Part shown: piece after piece, positions 18,824-27,962 of the stretch | How the letters are laid out: each line of letters begins with the position of its first letter | Position numbering within the stretch: the first letter of the stretch is position 1 | Assembly: GCA_963737125.1 (NCBI GenBank) | Contig: CAVTRL010000001.1 | Location: 346,699 to 410,698 of the forward strand | Direction of reading: 5' to 3' | DNA from: an uncultured Chloroflexia bacterium | GTDB taxonomy: Bacteria > Chloroflexota > UBA5177 | DNA: 64,000 bases | The notes under the pieces: model-generated | What the model was told of the DNA's origin: nothing | The model's database searches: none | The model's input: the letters and a program-made list of their open reading frames with translations, nothing else | Made by a program: the position numbers and the translations under genes

Positions 18824-19999
18824 TCACGCCGGGGTGCGGTCAGGCTCGCTCTCGAGAGCGGCAACAACTGCGTCGTGGAAACGTCGCCGAAGACCGGTTA
18901 TCAGCGCTCTATCGCCCACGCGCGGATGGACCCGATTGGTCAGGAGAACCGCCACCAGATCCAGGTCCGGATCGATCCAGATGGACGTGCCGGTAAATCC
19001 GGTGTGCCCGAAGGCGCGTGGGCCGAGCCGGTCGCCGGCGGAGCTTGGCTCGGTTGATTCGGCCGCGCCCTCACGCAGGGCGGACCGGTTGATCTGCCAG
19101 CCGAGCCCGCGCGCTTGATCCAGGCCGGGCGTGCAATCCGCGGTGGCAGCCATAACGGACTGCTCCCGCAGCACGCGCCTACCGTCCGTACGTCCCAGAT
19201 CCAGCCACATCTGGCCGAACTGCCCGACGTCGTGCGCGGTGGCAAACAAACCCGCGTTGCCGCTAACCCCGCCCATCGCGTACCAGGCATTGCCGTCGTG
19301 CACGGTTCCCGGGATACAGTCATCGCGCCAGCCGCTAAAGCTCAGACCCGCGAGTGCAACCATCTCCTGCTCGTACAGGTTGCCACGTTCGGTCCAGGCA
19401 CATCGTTCTGCGTCGGTTTCCGGCCCGTATCCCGTGTCACTCAGGCCGAGCGGCTCAAATAATGACGCCCGAGCCAGGTCGTCGAGCGCGCGTCCAGTCA
19501 CCTGCTCGAGGAGAAGCCCGAGCAGGATATAGCCGAGACAGGTATAGATGACCTGCGATCCAGGCGTGTACTCGGAATCGAGATTCGCAATAGTATGGGC
19601 TGCATTGGTACTGGCTTTGGAACAGGCGTATATGGGACTCCAGGCCGGCAAACCACCGGTGTGCGTGAGTAACTGTCGTATGGTGACCGTTCCCGCCGCG
19701 AAATGCGCTAGCGGCGGCAGGTATCGGCATACCCGGTCGTCCAGCGAAATGACCCCATCGTCCGCGCACCGCAGAACGAGCGGCGCCGTTACCAGCGGCT
19801 TGGTCAAGGACGCGAGGTCGAAGATGGTATCGATCTGCATGGCGCGTCGCTCCGGTTCGAGCACGGCCCAGCCGTAAGCGTCGTGCAACACAGTCTGCCC
19901 GTGCCGCCGCACGAGCGCCACGGCTCCCGGGACGATCCCCGCTTGCACGGCGCGCTGCACCACGTCCCGGGCGCCATCGAGGTTCGTGTGGCTATTCAG
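18824..19999 (-). CDS. Serine hydrolase, beta-lactamase / PBP class C family
   Basis: FDLASLTK (SxxK), LLTHTGGLP, YTCLGY (YxN-equivalent), FGHTGFTGT. Start uncertain; CTG 19999 has GGAGGAG 6 nt upstream. Confidence 0.85.
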   Translation of the reverse strand: MNSHTNLDGARDVVQRAVQAGIVPGAVALVRRHGQTVLHDAYGWAVLEPERRAMQIDTIFDLASLTKPLVTAPLVLRCADDGVISLDDRVCRYLPPLAHFAAGTVTIRQLLTHTGGLPAWSPIYACSKASTNAAHTIANLDSEYTPGSQVIYTCLGYILLGLLLEQVTGRALDDLARASLFEPLGLSDTGYGPETDAERCAWTERGNLYEQEMVALAGLSFSGWRDDCIPGTVHDGNAWYAMGGVSGNAGLFATAHDVGQFGQMWLDLGRTDGRRVLREQSVMAATADCTPGLDQARGLGWQINRSALREGAAESTEPSSAGDRLGPRAFGHTGFTGTSIWIDPDLDLVAVLLTNRVHPRVGDRALITGLRRRFHDAVVAALESEPDRTPA

Positions 20000-20933
20000 G
20001 TGTCGCTCCTCCAACCTGGCCCGGATTCTCCAGCGCCTGTCGAACGATACCGCCACTGCTCGACAGCCGTGCGCGTGCCTCCCCTGGATCGATCGATGCC
20101 AGTGCGGCGACAATGGCGACCTTGAGCTCTCCGTCACAGGCGCGCAACAGCTCCCGGGCCTCCCTGTCTTCAAGCTTCGTCAGCGTGGTTACGATCCGTA
20201 CTGATCGGTCTTGTAGCTTTGCATTACTGGCACGCATGTCGACCATACAATTGCCAAAGGTCTTGCCCAGTAGTACCATCACGCCGGTACTCAGCATGTT
20301 CAGCACCATTTTTTGCGCCGTCCCGGCCTTCAGGCGAGTTGATCCGGCCAGCACCTCAGGTCCAACCACGGGGTGAATCATGATATCGACCAGCGCTTCG
20401 AGCTGCGTCTGTAGATTGCACGCCAGTCCGACGGTCAAACATTTCCGTTCCGCCGCAACGTGCATCGCACCCAGCACATACGGTGTTCGCCCGCTGGCGG
20501 TGATTCCAATCACACTGTCACGTTCGCACACATCCAGCGCTTCCAGGTCCGCGCGTCCGGCGCCGGGATCGTCCTCGGTTGCTTCGCTCGAATGCATCAG
20601 GGCGGACGAGCCACCGGCGATGATGCCCACGACCTGTCCGGGAGGTGTGTTGAAGGTGGGCGGACACTCGGCTGCATCCAGCACGCCCAACCGTCCCGAG
20701 GTTCCGGCGCCCACGTATACAAGCCGGCCGCCCCGGCGGAGACGTGTCGCGATCTCCGTTATTGCGTGGGCGATGCGCTCTGCCTCCAAAGCGACTGCCG
20801 CTGCCACCGTCGCGTCCTCGCCGTTCATGATCTGCACGATTTGAAGCGCGCTCAGGCCGCTCAAATCGGCGGTAGACGGGTTGACGCTTTCGGTTGTCAG
20901 GCTACCCAGTGACGGGTTGACATTTGGAACCAT
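19992..20933 (-). CDS. murQ: N-acetylmuramic acid 6-phosphate etherase
   Basis: TTESVNP, YVGAGTSGRLGVLDAAECPPTF, GITASGRTPYV, VGPEVLAGSTRLKAGTAQKMVLNM, GNCMVD. Confidence 0.95.
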   Translation of the reverse strand: MVPNVNPSLGSLTTESVNPSTADLSGLSALQIVQIMNGEDATVAAAVALEAERIAHAITEIATRLRRGGRLVYVGAGTSGRLGVLDAAECPPTFNTPPGQVVGIIAGGSSALMHSSEATEDDPGAGRADLEALDVCERDSVIGITASGRTPYVLGAMHVAAERKCLTVGLACNLQTQLEALVDIMIHPVVGPEVLAGSTRLKAGTAQKMVLNMLSTGVMVLLGKTFGNCMVDMRASNAKLQDRSVRIVTTLTKLEDREARELLRACDGELKVAIVAALASIDPGEARARLSSSGGIVRQALENPGQVGGATPE

Positions 20934-20953
20934 GTGGGTGGTTCTCCTTGATT

Positions 20954-20989
20954 GGCCGGCGTCGACGCCGGCCGTCTATCGCATGCGAT
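20954..20989. repeat. Two adjacent perfect palindromes between anmK and murQ
   Basis: GGCCGGCGTCGACGCCGGCC (20954-20973) and ATCGCATGCGAT (20978-20989). Confidence 0.55.
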
Positions 20990-21000
20990 CGGTCGAAGCG

Positions 21001-22296
21001 CTACGAGTGCACGCGCAGGATACGGTGGACTTCGCTTCCGAGCGTATCACTGGAAGTCGGAGAAACGGCATGCCTCTGTCCCTGACCGAACACGCGCTTC
21101 ATGAGGCTTTGGTAATTCCTGCCGGGCACGATTTTACCGAGCGTCACGGCGTGTCGCGCACCCGTGCAACTCGGTACGTTGGTAGATCGGCCGTACAACG
21201 AGTCATAACCCATCAACGCGAACGTGATCGCTTCCTTTGCTTTGCCCGGCACGCCAAACTCGTCATGCATGTGAACGGTGAGTGTGGGAAGGCGCCGGCG
21301 GAGCTGATCGACCAGATAGGAGTTCCGTGCGCCGCCTCCAGCCAATACCAGCTCCCGGAGGTCGGTCGGTCCGAACGCCCGATATGCCCGGGCGATACTT
21401 TCGGCAGTAATGGCGGTTAGCGTTGCCATGGTGTCTTCGGGTGATAGACCGAGCGTTTCCGCCTGGCCGATGACTTGCGCCGCAAAAGCATCGCCAAAGA
21501 GCTCGCGGCCGGTTGCCTTGGGCGGCGGTGCGGCGAAGTATGGATGGGCCAGCACGCCGTCCAGCAGGGCTTCATTCACCTGGCCGCGTTTTGCCATGGC
21601 CCCGTCGAGGTCAAGCTGTTGGGAGCCCCGGGAAAAGTGACGAGCGCCGTAGTCGATCAGTACGTTACCCGGCCCGGTGTCGAACGCGTAAGGGCCGTCA
21701 GAATTGCCGGCCGGTGGAACGAATGTGACATTCCCGATTCCACCGATGTTCTGCAGTGCAAGGCTGGTGGGACGCCCGCCAAAAAACAGGGTATCGAAGT
21801 ACGAGACGAGGGGCGCTCCCAACCCACCCGCCGCCATGTCGGCCACACGAAAGTCGCCGGCCACGGTGATGCCGGCGCGTTCGGCGATGACAGCGGGTTC
21901 CGCGAACTGAAGGGTAGACGGCACGCGCCTATCCTCCATGAGGTGATAGATGGTCTGACCGTGCGATGCGATCAGGTCGAGGTCCTCCGCCTGCATCCCC
22001 TGGGACTTCAGCGCATCGAGCAGAGCATCGGCAAATACCCTTCCGAGCACGAAGTTCAGTTCCGTCAAGTCGTCCAGTCGGGCGGCTTGCTCGTCCAGTA
22101 ACATCAAGACCCGCTCGCGCACGGCCGTGGGCATTGGTTGCTCCGTGAAGCTGAGGAGCGACATCGTCACGACTTCAGCTTCACCCTCCGTGGCCTGACT
22201 GAATTCACATACCGCGACGTCGATCGCATCGACCGATGTGCCCGAAATCATCCCGGCGACGCGCATCGTGGTATCTGGAGGTGCAATGTGGTTCAC
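21001..22296 (-). CDS. anmK: Anhydro-N-acetylmuramic acid kinase
   Basis: GMISGTSVDAID, IASHGQTIYH, GDFRVADMAAGGLGAPLV, QNIGGIGNVT, AFDTGPGN, KATGRELF, AGGGARN, KEAITFA. GTG 22296 overlaps the GNAT stop. Confidence 0.93.
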   Translation of the reverse strand: MNHIAPPDTTMRVAGMISGTSVDAIDVAVCEFSQATEGEAEVVTMSLLSFTEQPMPTAVRERVLMLLDEQAARLDDLTELNFVLGRVFADALLDALKSQGMQAEDLDLIASHGQTIYHLMEDRRVPSTLQFAEPAVIAERAGITVAGDFRVADMAAGGLGAPLVSYFDTLFFGGRPTSLALQNIGGIGNVTFVPPAGNSDGPYAFDTGPGNVLIDYGARHFSRGSQQLDLDGAMAKRGQVNEALLDGVLAHPYFAAPPPKATGRELFGDAFAAQVIGQAETLGLSPEDTMATLTAITAESIARAYRAFGPTDLRELVLAGGGARNSYLVDQLRRRLPTLTVHMHDEFGVPGKAKEAITFALMGYDSLYGRSTNVPSCTGARHAVTLGKIVPGRNYQSLMKRVFGQGQRHAVSPTSSDTLGSEVHRILRVHS

Positions 22297-22823
22297 TCGT
22301 ACCTGCTTTCCGGTTTGGTTTGCGTCGATTCTGCATCTCGCACCGCAAGATCGCGTTTCAGGTATATCAGCTCCTGTACGTCGTCGGCGTGCCAGTCCGG
22401 TAGCGCTCCCACCCTGACGTAGCCGTGACGTTCGTAGAATCGTTGTGCGTCGGTATTCCAATCGGTGCACAGTAGAAATATCCCTTGCACACCGCGTGAG
22501 GCGAGCAGTCGTTCGGCCTCGCGCAGAAGGTGACTGCCGGTGCCGTGCCCGACGTCCTCCCTCCGGGTGCCGATGAGGCGTATATAGCCGTGGTTGCCGA
22601 ACGTCGTATCACTCATAATTACAAAACCGGCGAGGACGCTTTCGCCGGTGGCCGGGTGCTCGGCCACCAACCCGAATTCGCCGCGATCGAGATAGCGGCA
22701 AATGGCGGCACTCTGCTGATCGGGATCGCGTTCGTGCCAGAGCGGGTGCTCGTGCATCAACCGCGCGATGCCGGGTGCATCCTCGGGCGTTAAAGGGCGA
22801 ATTACAAGTTGGTGGATGGTCAT
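22293..22823 (-). CDS. GNAT family N-acetyltransferase
   Basis: IRPLTPEDAP start; YIRLIGT...VGHGTGSHLL acetyl-CoA motif; NTDAQRFYERHGY. Confidence 0.8.
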   Translation of the reverse strand: MTIHQLVIRPLTPEDAPGIARLMHEHPLWHERDPDQQSAAICRYLDRGEFGLVAEHPATGESVLAGFVIMSDTTFGNHGYIRLIGTRREDVGHGTGSHLLREAERLLASRGVQGIFLLCTDWNTDAQRFYERHGYVRVGALPDWHADDVQELIYLKRDLAVRDAESTQTKPESRYE

Positions 22824-22879
22824 GTCGTCGCCATCACCGGAAGTATGATCGAACTGGATGAAAGGGCGATGGGTAATAC

Positions 22880-23806
22880 CTACCTGATGGCCGCTTCCTG
22901 CATCCGCCGCGCCCGCGGATCGAGTGCATCGCGTAGCCCGTCTCCCACCAGGTTGAATCCCAGTACAGCCAGCATAATCGTGAATCCCGGGAAGATGGAG
23001 AGCCAGGGATCGAGTGTGACGAGCTGACTGCCGCTGCTCAGCATGGTCCCCAGATCGGGCTGGGGAGGCTGAAGTCCAAGACCGAGAAAACTGAGCGCGG
23101 TCTCGGTGAGCAGCGCCCATGAGAGCGTCAGCGTGACCTGCACCACGATCACCGACAGCACGCTGGGCAGCACGTGACGGAGCAGAATGGATCGAGTCGG
23201 CACGCCAAGCGCCAGCGCTGCCTGGACGAACTCGCGTTCACGCAGGGTGAGCACCGGTCCTCGCACGATGCGCACGAACATGGGCATGTACACGATTGCA
23301 ATGGCCAGGATGAGCTGGTAAACCCCCGCTCCCAGCGCGGCGATAATCGCCAGCGCTAGCAATACGGGTGGAAACGCAAAGAAGATGTCGATCACGCGCA
23401 TGATGAGGTTGTCCGGCAGGCTGCCGAAGTATCCGGCTATCAGGCCCAGAGCCGTTCCTACCACCATCGCGATGATCGAGGAGGGCAAAATGATTTCGAG
23501 CGAAATTCGAATTCCGACCAGTATTCGTGTGAACTGATCCCGGCCAAACTCGTCGGTTCCCATCAGATGGCCGGTGCTTGGCGGCGCCAATTGCACACTG
23601 GTTGCAATGTGCAGCGGATCGGGCAACGACGGAAGAAAGCTTGCTATTGCCGCGAGACAGTACAGCGCCAGCAGCACGACGCCGATAGCCGTGGCGGGAC
23701 CTGACCACAAGAAACTGAGGCGGACGAGTCGCGACCGCCGCGATTGCTCGTCTTCGACGTCTGAATCGGGGTTAACTCTGGGTGATTCGAGGGTCGGCAA
23801 GGCCAT
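22880..23806 (-). CDS. Peptide/nickel ABC transporter permease (DppC/OppC-like)
   Basis: HLMGTDEFGRDQ, EREFVQAALALG (EAA loop), SFLGLGLQPPQPDLG, GDGLRDALDPR. Confidence 0.9.
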   Translation of the reverse strand: MALPTLESPRVNPDSDVEDEQSRRSRLVRLSFLWSGPATAIGVVLLALYCLAAIASFLPSLPDPLHIATSVQLAPPSTGHLMGTDEFGRDQFTRILVGIRISLEIILPSSIIAMVVGTALGLIAGYFGSLPDNLIMRVIDIFFAFPPVLLALAIIAALGAGVYQLILAIAIVYMPMFVRIVRGPVLTLREREFVQAALALGVPTRSILLRHVLPSVLSVIVVQVTLTLSWALLTETALSFLGLGLQPPQPDLGTMLSSGSQLVTLDPWLSIFPGFTIMLAVLGFNLVGDGLRDALDPRARRMQEAAIR

Positions 23807-24725
23807 AGGCTACATCCGCGATCAGATTTGACAGAACAAAGGCCAGGGCAATGACCAGTACCGAGCCCTCCACGACTGGGTAATCCCGACCCAGAATCGA
23901 GGTAAGAAGCAACCGTCCGATGCCGGGTACATTGAAAATCTGCTCGATGATCACCGCACCGGTCAAGAGGTAGCCTGCCATGACGCCGATGGTGGTGATA
24001 ATCGGTATCACCGCGTTGCGCAACACATGCTTCATTACGACCAGGTTGTATGGAAGCCCCTTGGCGCGTGCGGTGCGCACGTAGTCCTCGGTAAGAACTT
24101 CCAGCACCGCGGAACGCGTCATCCGCATGATCGATCCGGCTACCGAGGCGCCAAGGGCGAGAGCGGGAAGGACGTTCTGCTGGAGATTGAGCCCGGGATT
24201 ATCCGTAAACGGCACGTACGACTGACCGTTGGGCAACCACGAGATCTTGGTCGAGAACAGGAGTATGAGTAGCGTGCCGAGCCAGAAATTCGGCATCGAC
24301 AGCCCGATCAAGCTGAAGACACGTGCGGCTATGTCGGACACGGAATTGGGGCGGAGAGCCGAAAGCGTCCCGAGCGGTAAACCGACCAGCAGCGCGACAA
24401 ACAGCGCCCAGAATGATAACTCGGCCGTGATCGGGATGCGGGAGAGAATTAATTGCAGCACCGGCGTGCCGTTCAGGAGGGACACCCCGAAGTTGCCGCG
24501 GACCACGAGTGAGATCCAGATGAAGTACTGCTTCCACACCGGCACGTCGAGCCCGAAGTAATGCTGCAGAATCGCGACCTGCTTGGCTGAAAGACCAACC
24601 GAGGTGCCGATGCGGTAGTCGATGGCCGAGCCGGGAATCAACCTGATCAAAACAAAGGTCAGCACGGAAATGCCGAGCAGTGAGAACAGGGCGAAGAGTA
24701 GTCGACGCGCGACGAAAGTCAGCAC
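23772..24725 (-). CDS. Peptide/nickel ABC transporter permease (DppB/OppB-like)
   Basis: GLDVPVWKQY, SMPNFWLG, EDYVRTARAKGL, EQIFNVPGIG, RDYPVV, DPRI. Confidence 0.9.
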   Translation of the reverse strand: MLTFVARRLLFALFSLLGISVLTFVLIRLIPGSAIDYRIGTSVGLSAKQVAILQHYFGLDVPVWKQYFIWISLVVRGNFGVSLLNGTPVLQLILSRIPITAELSFWALFVALLVGLPLGTLSALRPNSVSDIAARVFSLIGLSMPNFWLGTLLILLFSTKISWLPNGQSYVPFTDNPGLNLQQNVLPALALGASVAGSIMRMTRSAVLEVLTEDYVRTARAKGLPYNLVVMKHVLRNAVIPIITTIGVMAGYLLTGAVIIEQIFNVPGIGRLLLTSILGRDYPVVEGSVLVIALAFVLSNLIADVAYGLADPRITQS

Positions 24726-24743
24726 GAGAGTTAGAGCGTAGGG

Positions 24744-26384
24744 CTAACTGAGCCACACGTCTCGCAGGCCGACCAACGAGTGGTTCGCCCGGGGCACAAA
24801 CCCCTGAACTTTTGATTGCATGATGGAGTACAGGAAGCCGGAATACAGCCAGATGAACGGCGAGGCGTCTACGAGAATCTGCTGCGCCTTATCGTATGCA
24901 GCCTTTCTGACGGCGAACTTACTCGACGTGCGGCCCTTCAGCAAGAGCGTATCCAGTTGTGACGACTTCCAGTGGCCGGTAACAAAGTTGAGGTTACCTC
25001 CGCTGTAAAAGTAGCGATACAGGTAGTAATCGGGATCCGGACCACCGCCATTGTTGCCCGGCATCATTTGATAGTCCGCCTTCAGCCAATCCTGTACCCA
25101 GGCCGAGAATTGCATCAGTTGCACATCGGCCGAAATGCCGACATCCGACAACTGCGATTGCACGACCTGAGCGATGGCCGGCGCGTTATCCGGATCGGAT
25201 GTCTGCGTCAACAACGTGAATTTAAATCCTTGCCCCTGGCCGGCCTGCGCCAGAAGTTGTTTGGCTTTCTTGACGTCGCGTTTATAGCCGGCCAGCTTTG
25301 AGGTGGGATACGCATATCTGGTGAGACCGGCCGCAACCGGTCCCACCGGCACGCCTTCACCAAGGTTCGCGCCGGCAATGATCGCGTGCCGATCGATGGC
25401 GTAGCTGACTGCCTGCCGGGCTGCCTTCTTGATGAAAGGATCGCGGGCCGTCTGCAAGAAAAGCAGGTAGTACGACAGGTCCGGTACTCGCATCACTTTC
25501 AGACTGTGGGCCGCCGCTGCTTCCTTGCCCACGATGGCGTCGAGCGAGTACGTGAAGTCGGTGGAGTTCTGGCGCATTGACGCCAACAACGAGGTCGCAG
25601 TCGGCTGAATCGTTACTTTTACATGGTCGACATACGGCTTACCCGATTCGTAGAAGTGGGTGTTGCGGCTCAACGTCATATAACTGTCGGGAACCCACTT
25701 GGTCACCTTGAACGGGCCTGCTCCAATCGCGTTCTCGATCTTGCTCATGTCCGCGCCCGCGTTCAAAAGCCTGGCCGGCAGAATGGCGGCATTCATACTT
25801 GTCAGATAGGCAGTAAGCGCCGCATTCGGGGAGGAGAGCTGGAACACCACGGTATGCGGATTGGGCGTGGTGATCGTCGTAATGTTCGCGAAGAAGGAAC
25901 TCGCAATCGCGACCGTCTTCGGATTGAGAATGCGCTCGAAACTGGCCTTGACATCGGCGGACGTGAGCGCCCAACCGTTCGAGAATTTCAGATTCGGATG
26001 CAGCGTAAAGACGTATCTGGTACCGCCGTTCGACACTTTGAACGATTGCGCAAGGTCACCAACCGGCTTGAGGTGCGTGTCGAGCTTTAGCAGGGTCGCG
26101 TGTATCAGGAAAAAGAATCGAATAGAGGATTCCGACGGGCTTGTGTGTGGGTCGAGAGCCGGAATTTCGTCGGTGTACGCGATGCGTAACGTGCCGCCAC
26201 GCTTGGGCGCTTGGGCCGGAGCGGCGAGGGCATCAGACCAGGTGAGACTTTCCAGGAGACCGACCGCCGCGCTCATCGATACGCCGATTGCCATCATTCG
26301 TTGAAGAAAGTCGCTCCGGCTGATGCTCCCCTCGAGCAATTCTTCGGTAAGGGCTACCATTTCACGCGTGCCGCCAGTAGTCAT
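24744..26384 (-). CDS. ABC transporter substrate-binding protein, family 5
   Basis: KRGGTLRI, LDPH, LTSADVKASFERI, IGAGPFK. Start ATG 26384 with GGTGG SD; Tat-like leader SRSDFL. Confidence 0.9.
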   Translation of the reverse strand: MTTGGTREMVALTEELLEGSISRSDFLQRMMAIGVSMSAAVGLLESLTWSDALAAPAQAPKRGGTLRIAYTDEIPALDPHTSPSESSIRFFFLIHATLLKLDTHLKPVGDLAQSFKVSNGGTRYVFTLHPNLKFSNGWALTSADVKASFERILNPKTVAIASSFFANITTITTPNPHTVVFQLSSPNAALTAYLTSMNAAILPARLLNAGADMSKIENAIGAGPFKVTKWVPDSYMTLSRNTHFYESGKPYVDHVKVTIQPTATSLLASMRQNSTDFTYSLDAIVGKEAAAAHSLKVMRVPDLSYYLLFLQTARDPFIKKAARQAVSYAIDRHAIIAGANLGEGVPVGPVAAGLTRYAYPTSKLAGYKRDVKKAKQLLAQAGQGQGFKFTLLTQTSDPDNAPAIAQVVQSQLSDVGISADVQLMQFSAWVQDWLKADYQMMPGNNGGGPDPDYYLYRYFYSGGNLNFVTGHWKSSQLDTLLLKGRTSSKFAVRKAAYDKAQQILVDASPFIWLYSGFLYSIMQSKVQGFVPRANHSLVGLRDVWLS

Positions 26385-26571
26385 TGGAAACCACCTTTCG
26401 AACGGGACATGGAGTGAATATACTATGCAACATGCGTTGCGACTGTAACAATTGCTTTGCGGAAGAGTGACGGATACAGAAAGAACAGTGGTACCAGGCC
26501 AACGTGCCGGCACACCAGGGCGACGATTCGGAGTAATTCACGGCGCCCGCTCACCGTGCGGCGCCCAATCC

Positions 26572-27743
26572 TTATTCTGCGCCGGCCACTACCGTCAGAA
26601 CTTTGGCCAGCGGTCCCACAAACTGCTCATCGTTGTCCCAGTAGTTATGTGCGGGCAGTCCCCCTCCGGCCCCGTGCTCGGCGTTCTCGACCAGCGTATC
26701 GGAGAGTGAGACAGGATCGCTGACGCCGCTGTCCTGGTTGGTCGACTCGTACAGTAGCGATTTGCCGGTTGATGGAGGGAGTGGGTCGCCGCGCCGCCAC
26801 GAACGCGGTGGTTCCAGCGGGTCAGCCACCGGATCCGTTTCATCCCAGAAATTAGACCACGGGATCGAGCTGATGCACGTGGCATCCGTTCCCCAGTAGA
26901 ACAGATCGACGTATTTACGCAGTGGGCTCCCAGCAGTGATCAGGTGCTTGATCTTCGCCGCTGCAAACGGCGGCATTTCGCGTACAACGTCAAATGCGAG
27001 GACCGTTCCCTGGCTATGCGCGCTGACAACGATGGTGTCGACGTCGGGGCGGCATGCGATTCGAAGGAGTGCATCGTGGGCAAAGCTGCGGACTCGTTCA
27101 CGCAAATCGTTTCGGCAGACATAGGTGGTGACGTCCTGATCGAGCTGCCCGATGATGGAGAGCGGCCCGGACTTGTCCGGAGCCGCTACCGCCCGGGGAT
27201 TCTCGGCCGTCACTTTTTGCCGCACTTGCAGGCTTGGCGTCGGGGCTGAAGCGGCGCTCCCTCGGTGGTGCACGATAGCCCAGGCATCCGTCAATCCCAT
27301 GTGGACCAACGACGGCAGACTGGCATAGTGGCCCATCGACATGATCGCTTTGCTGAGCGTTTCGAGCGATGCTCCGGGATGTATCTGCTGCTCCTCCAGA
27401 CCGGCGTATACCAAGGCGACATGTGCTACCGGGTGAGTGTCATCCGTCAGGGGAACGTCTGAGATGTCGATCAACCGGTGATTGGCATCACCTTTCTGCC
27501 ACCGCCCCAATCGCTTGAGTCCCTCTTCCACCTTTCCACTGCCGGGAGGCCAATCGCTGTGCACGTAGACTGCCCCGGTCCCGCAGGCCGGCCAAACTCC
27601 GCGCGAGGATCTCCCGAGAGTAGTTTAGGTATCCGTTTGTCGAGAGAATCGTGCAACCCATCGGCATAGCCTTGACTCCCGTTCTCCGGTGCATGTTGAA
27701 AGCCGATGCCATGAATAGTAACCAGACACGTGATGCCGTCCAT
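26572..27743 (-). pseudogene. Alpha/beta-hydrolase-fold protein split by a homopolymer frameshift
   Basis: N-terminus MDGITCLVTIHGIGFQ (ORF 27471-27806) joins GAVYVHSDW (ORF 26572-27564) if the C4 run at 27573-27576 were C5. Motifs AHSQG (nucleophile elbow), LITAGSPL, WSNFWDETDPV, terminal AHNYW. Confidence 0.65.
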
Positions 27744-27962
27744 GATGCATTTCCTCTCCTTATATGGGGAGCTGGAGTCAACTCGACGATGATGACTACG
27801 ATACACCAGTTTGGGCGAGCAGTCGCCGCGTCACGGTCGAGTGTGGTGGCCGGCGAAGGTGCGTGGCCGTACCCACGACGTCGAAGTGGAAAGAGCTATG
27901 CGTGCCCCGGGAGCTGTCGACCGTTTCCTACTGCGGTACGTCCCGGAAGGTGCTGCGAACTG

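Noticed and set aside
21001-22470. Over-long N-termini in the ORF track (anmK, GNAT, SBPs, E1-alpha, M24, SIS and others)
   Set aside because: They overlap neighbouring genes. Starts were moved to SD-supported or stop-coupled codons.
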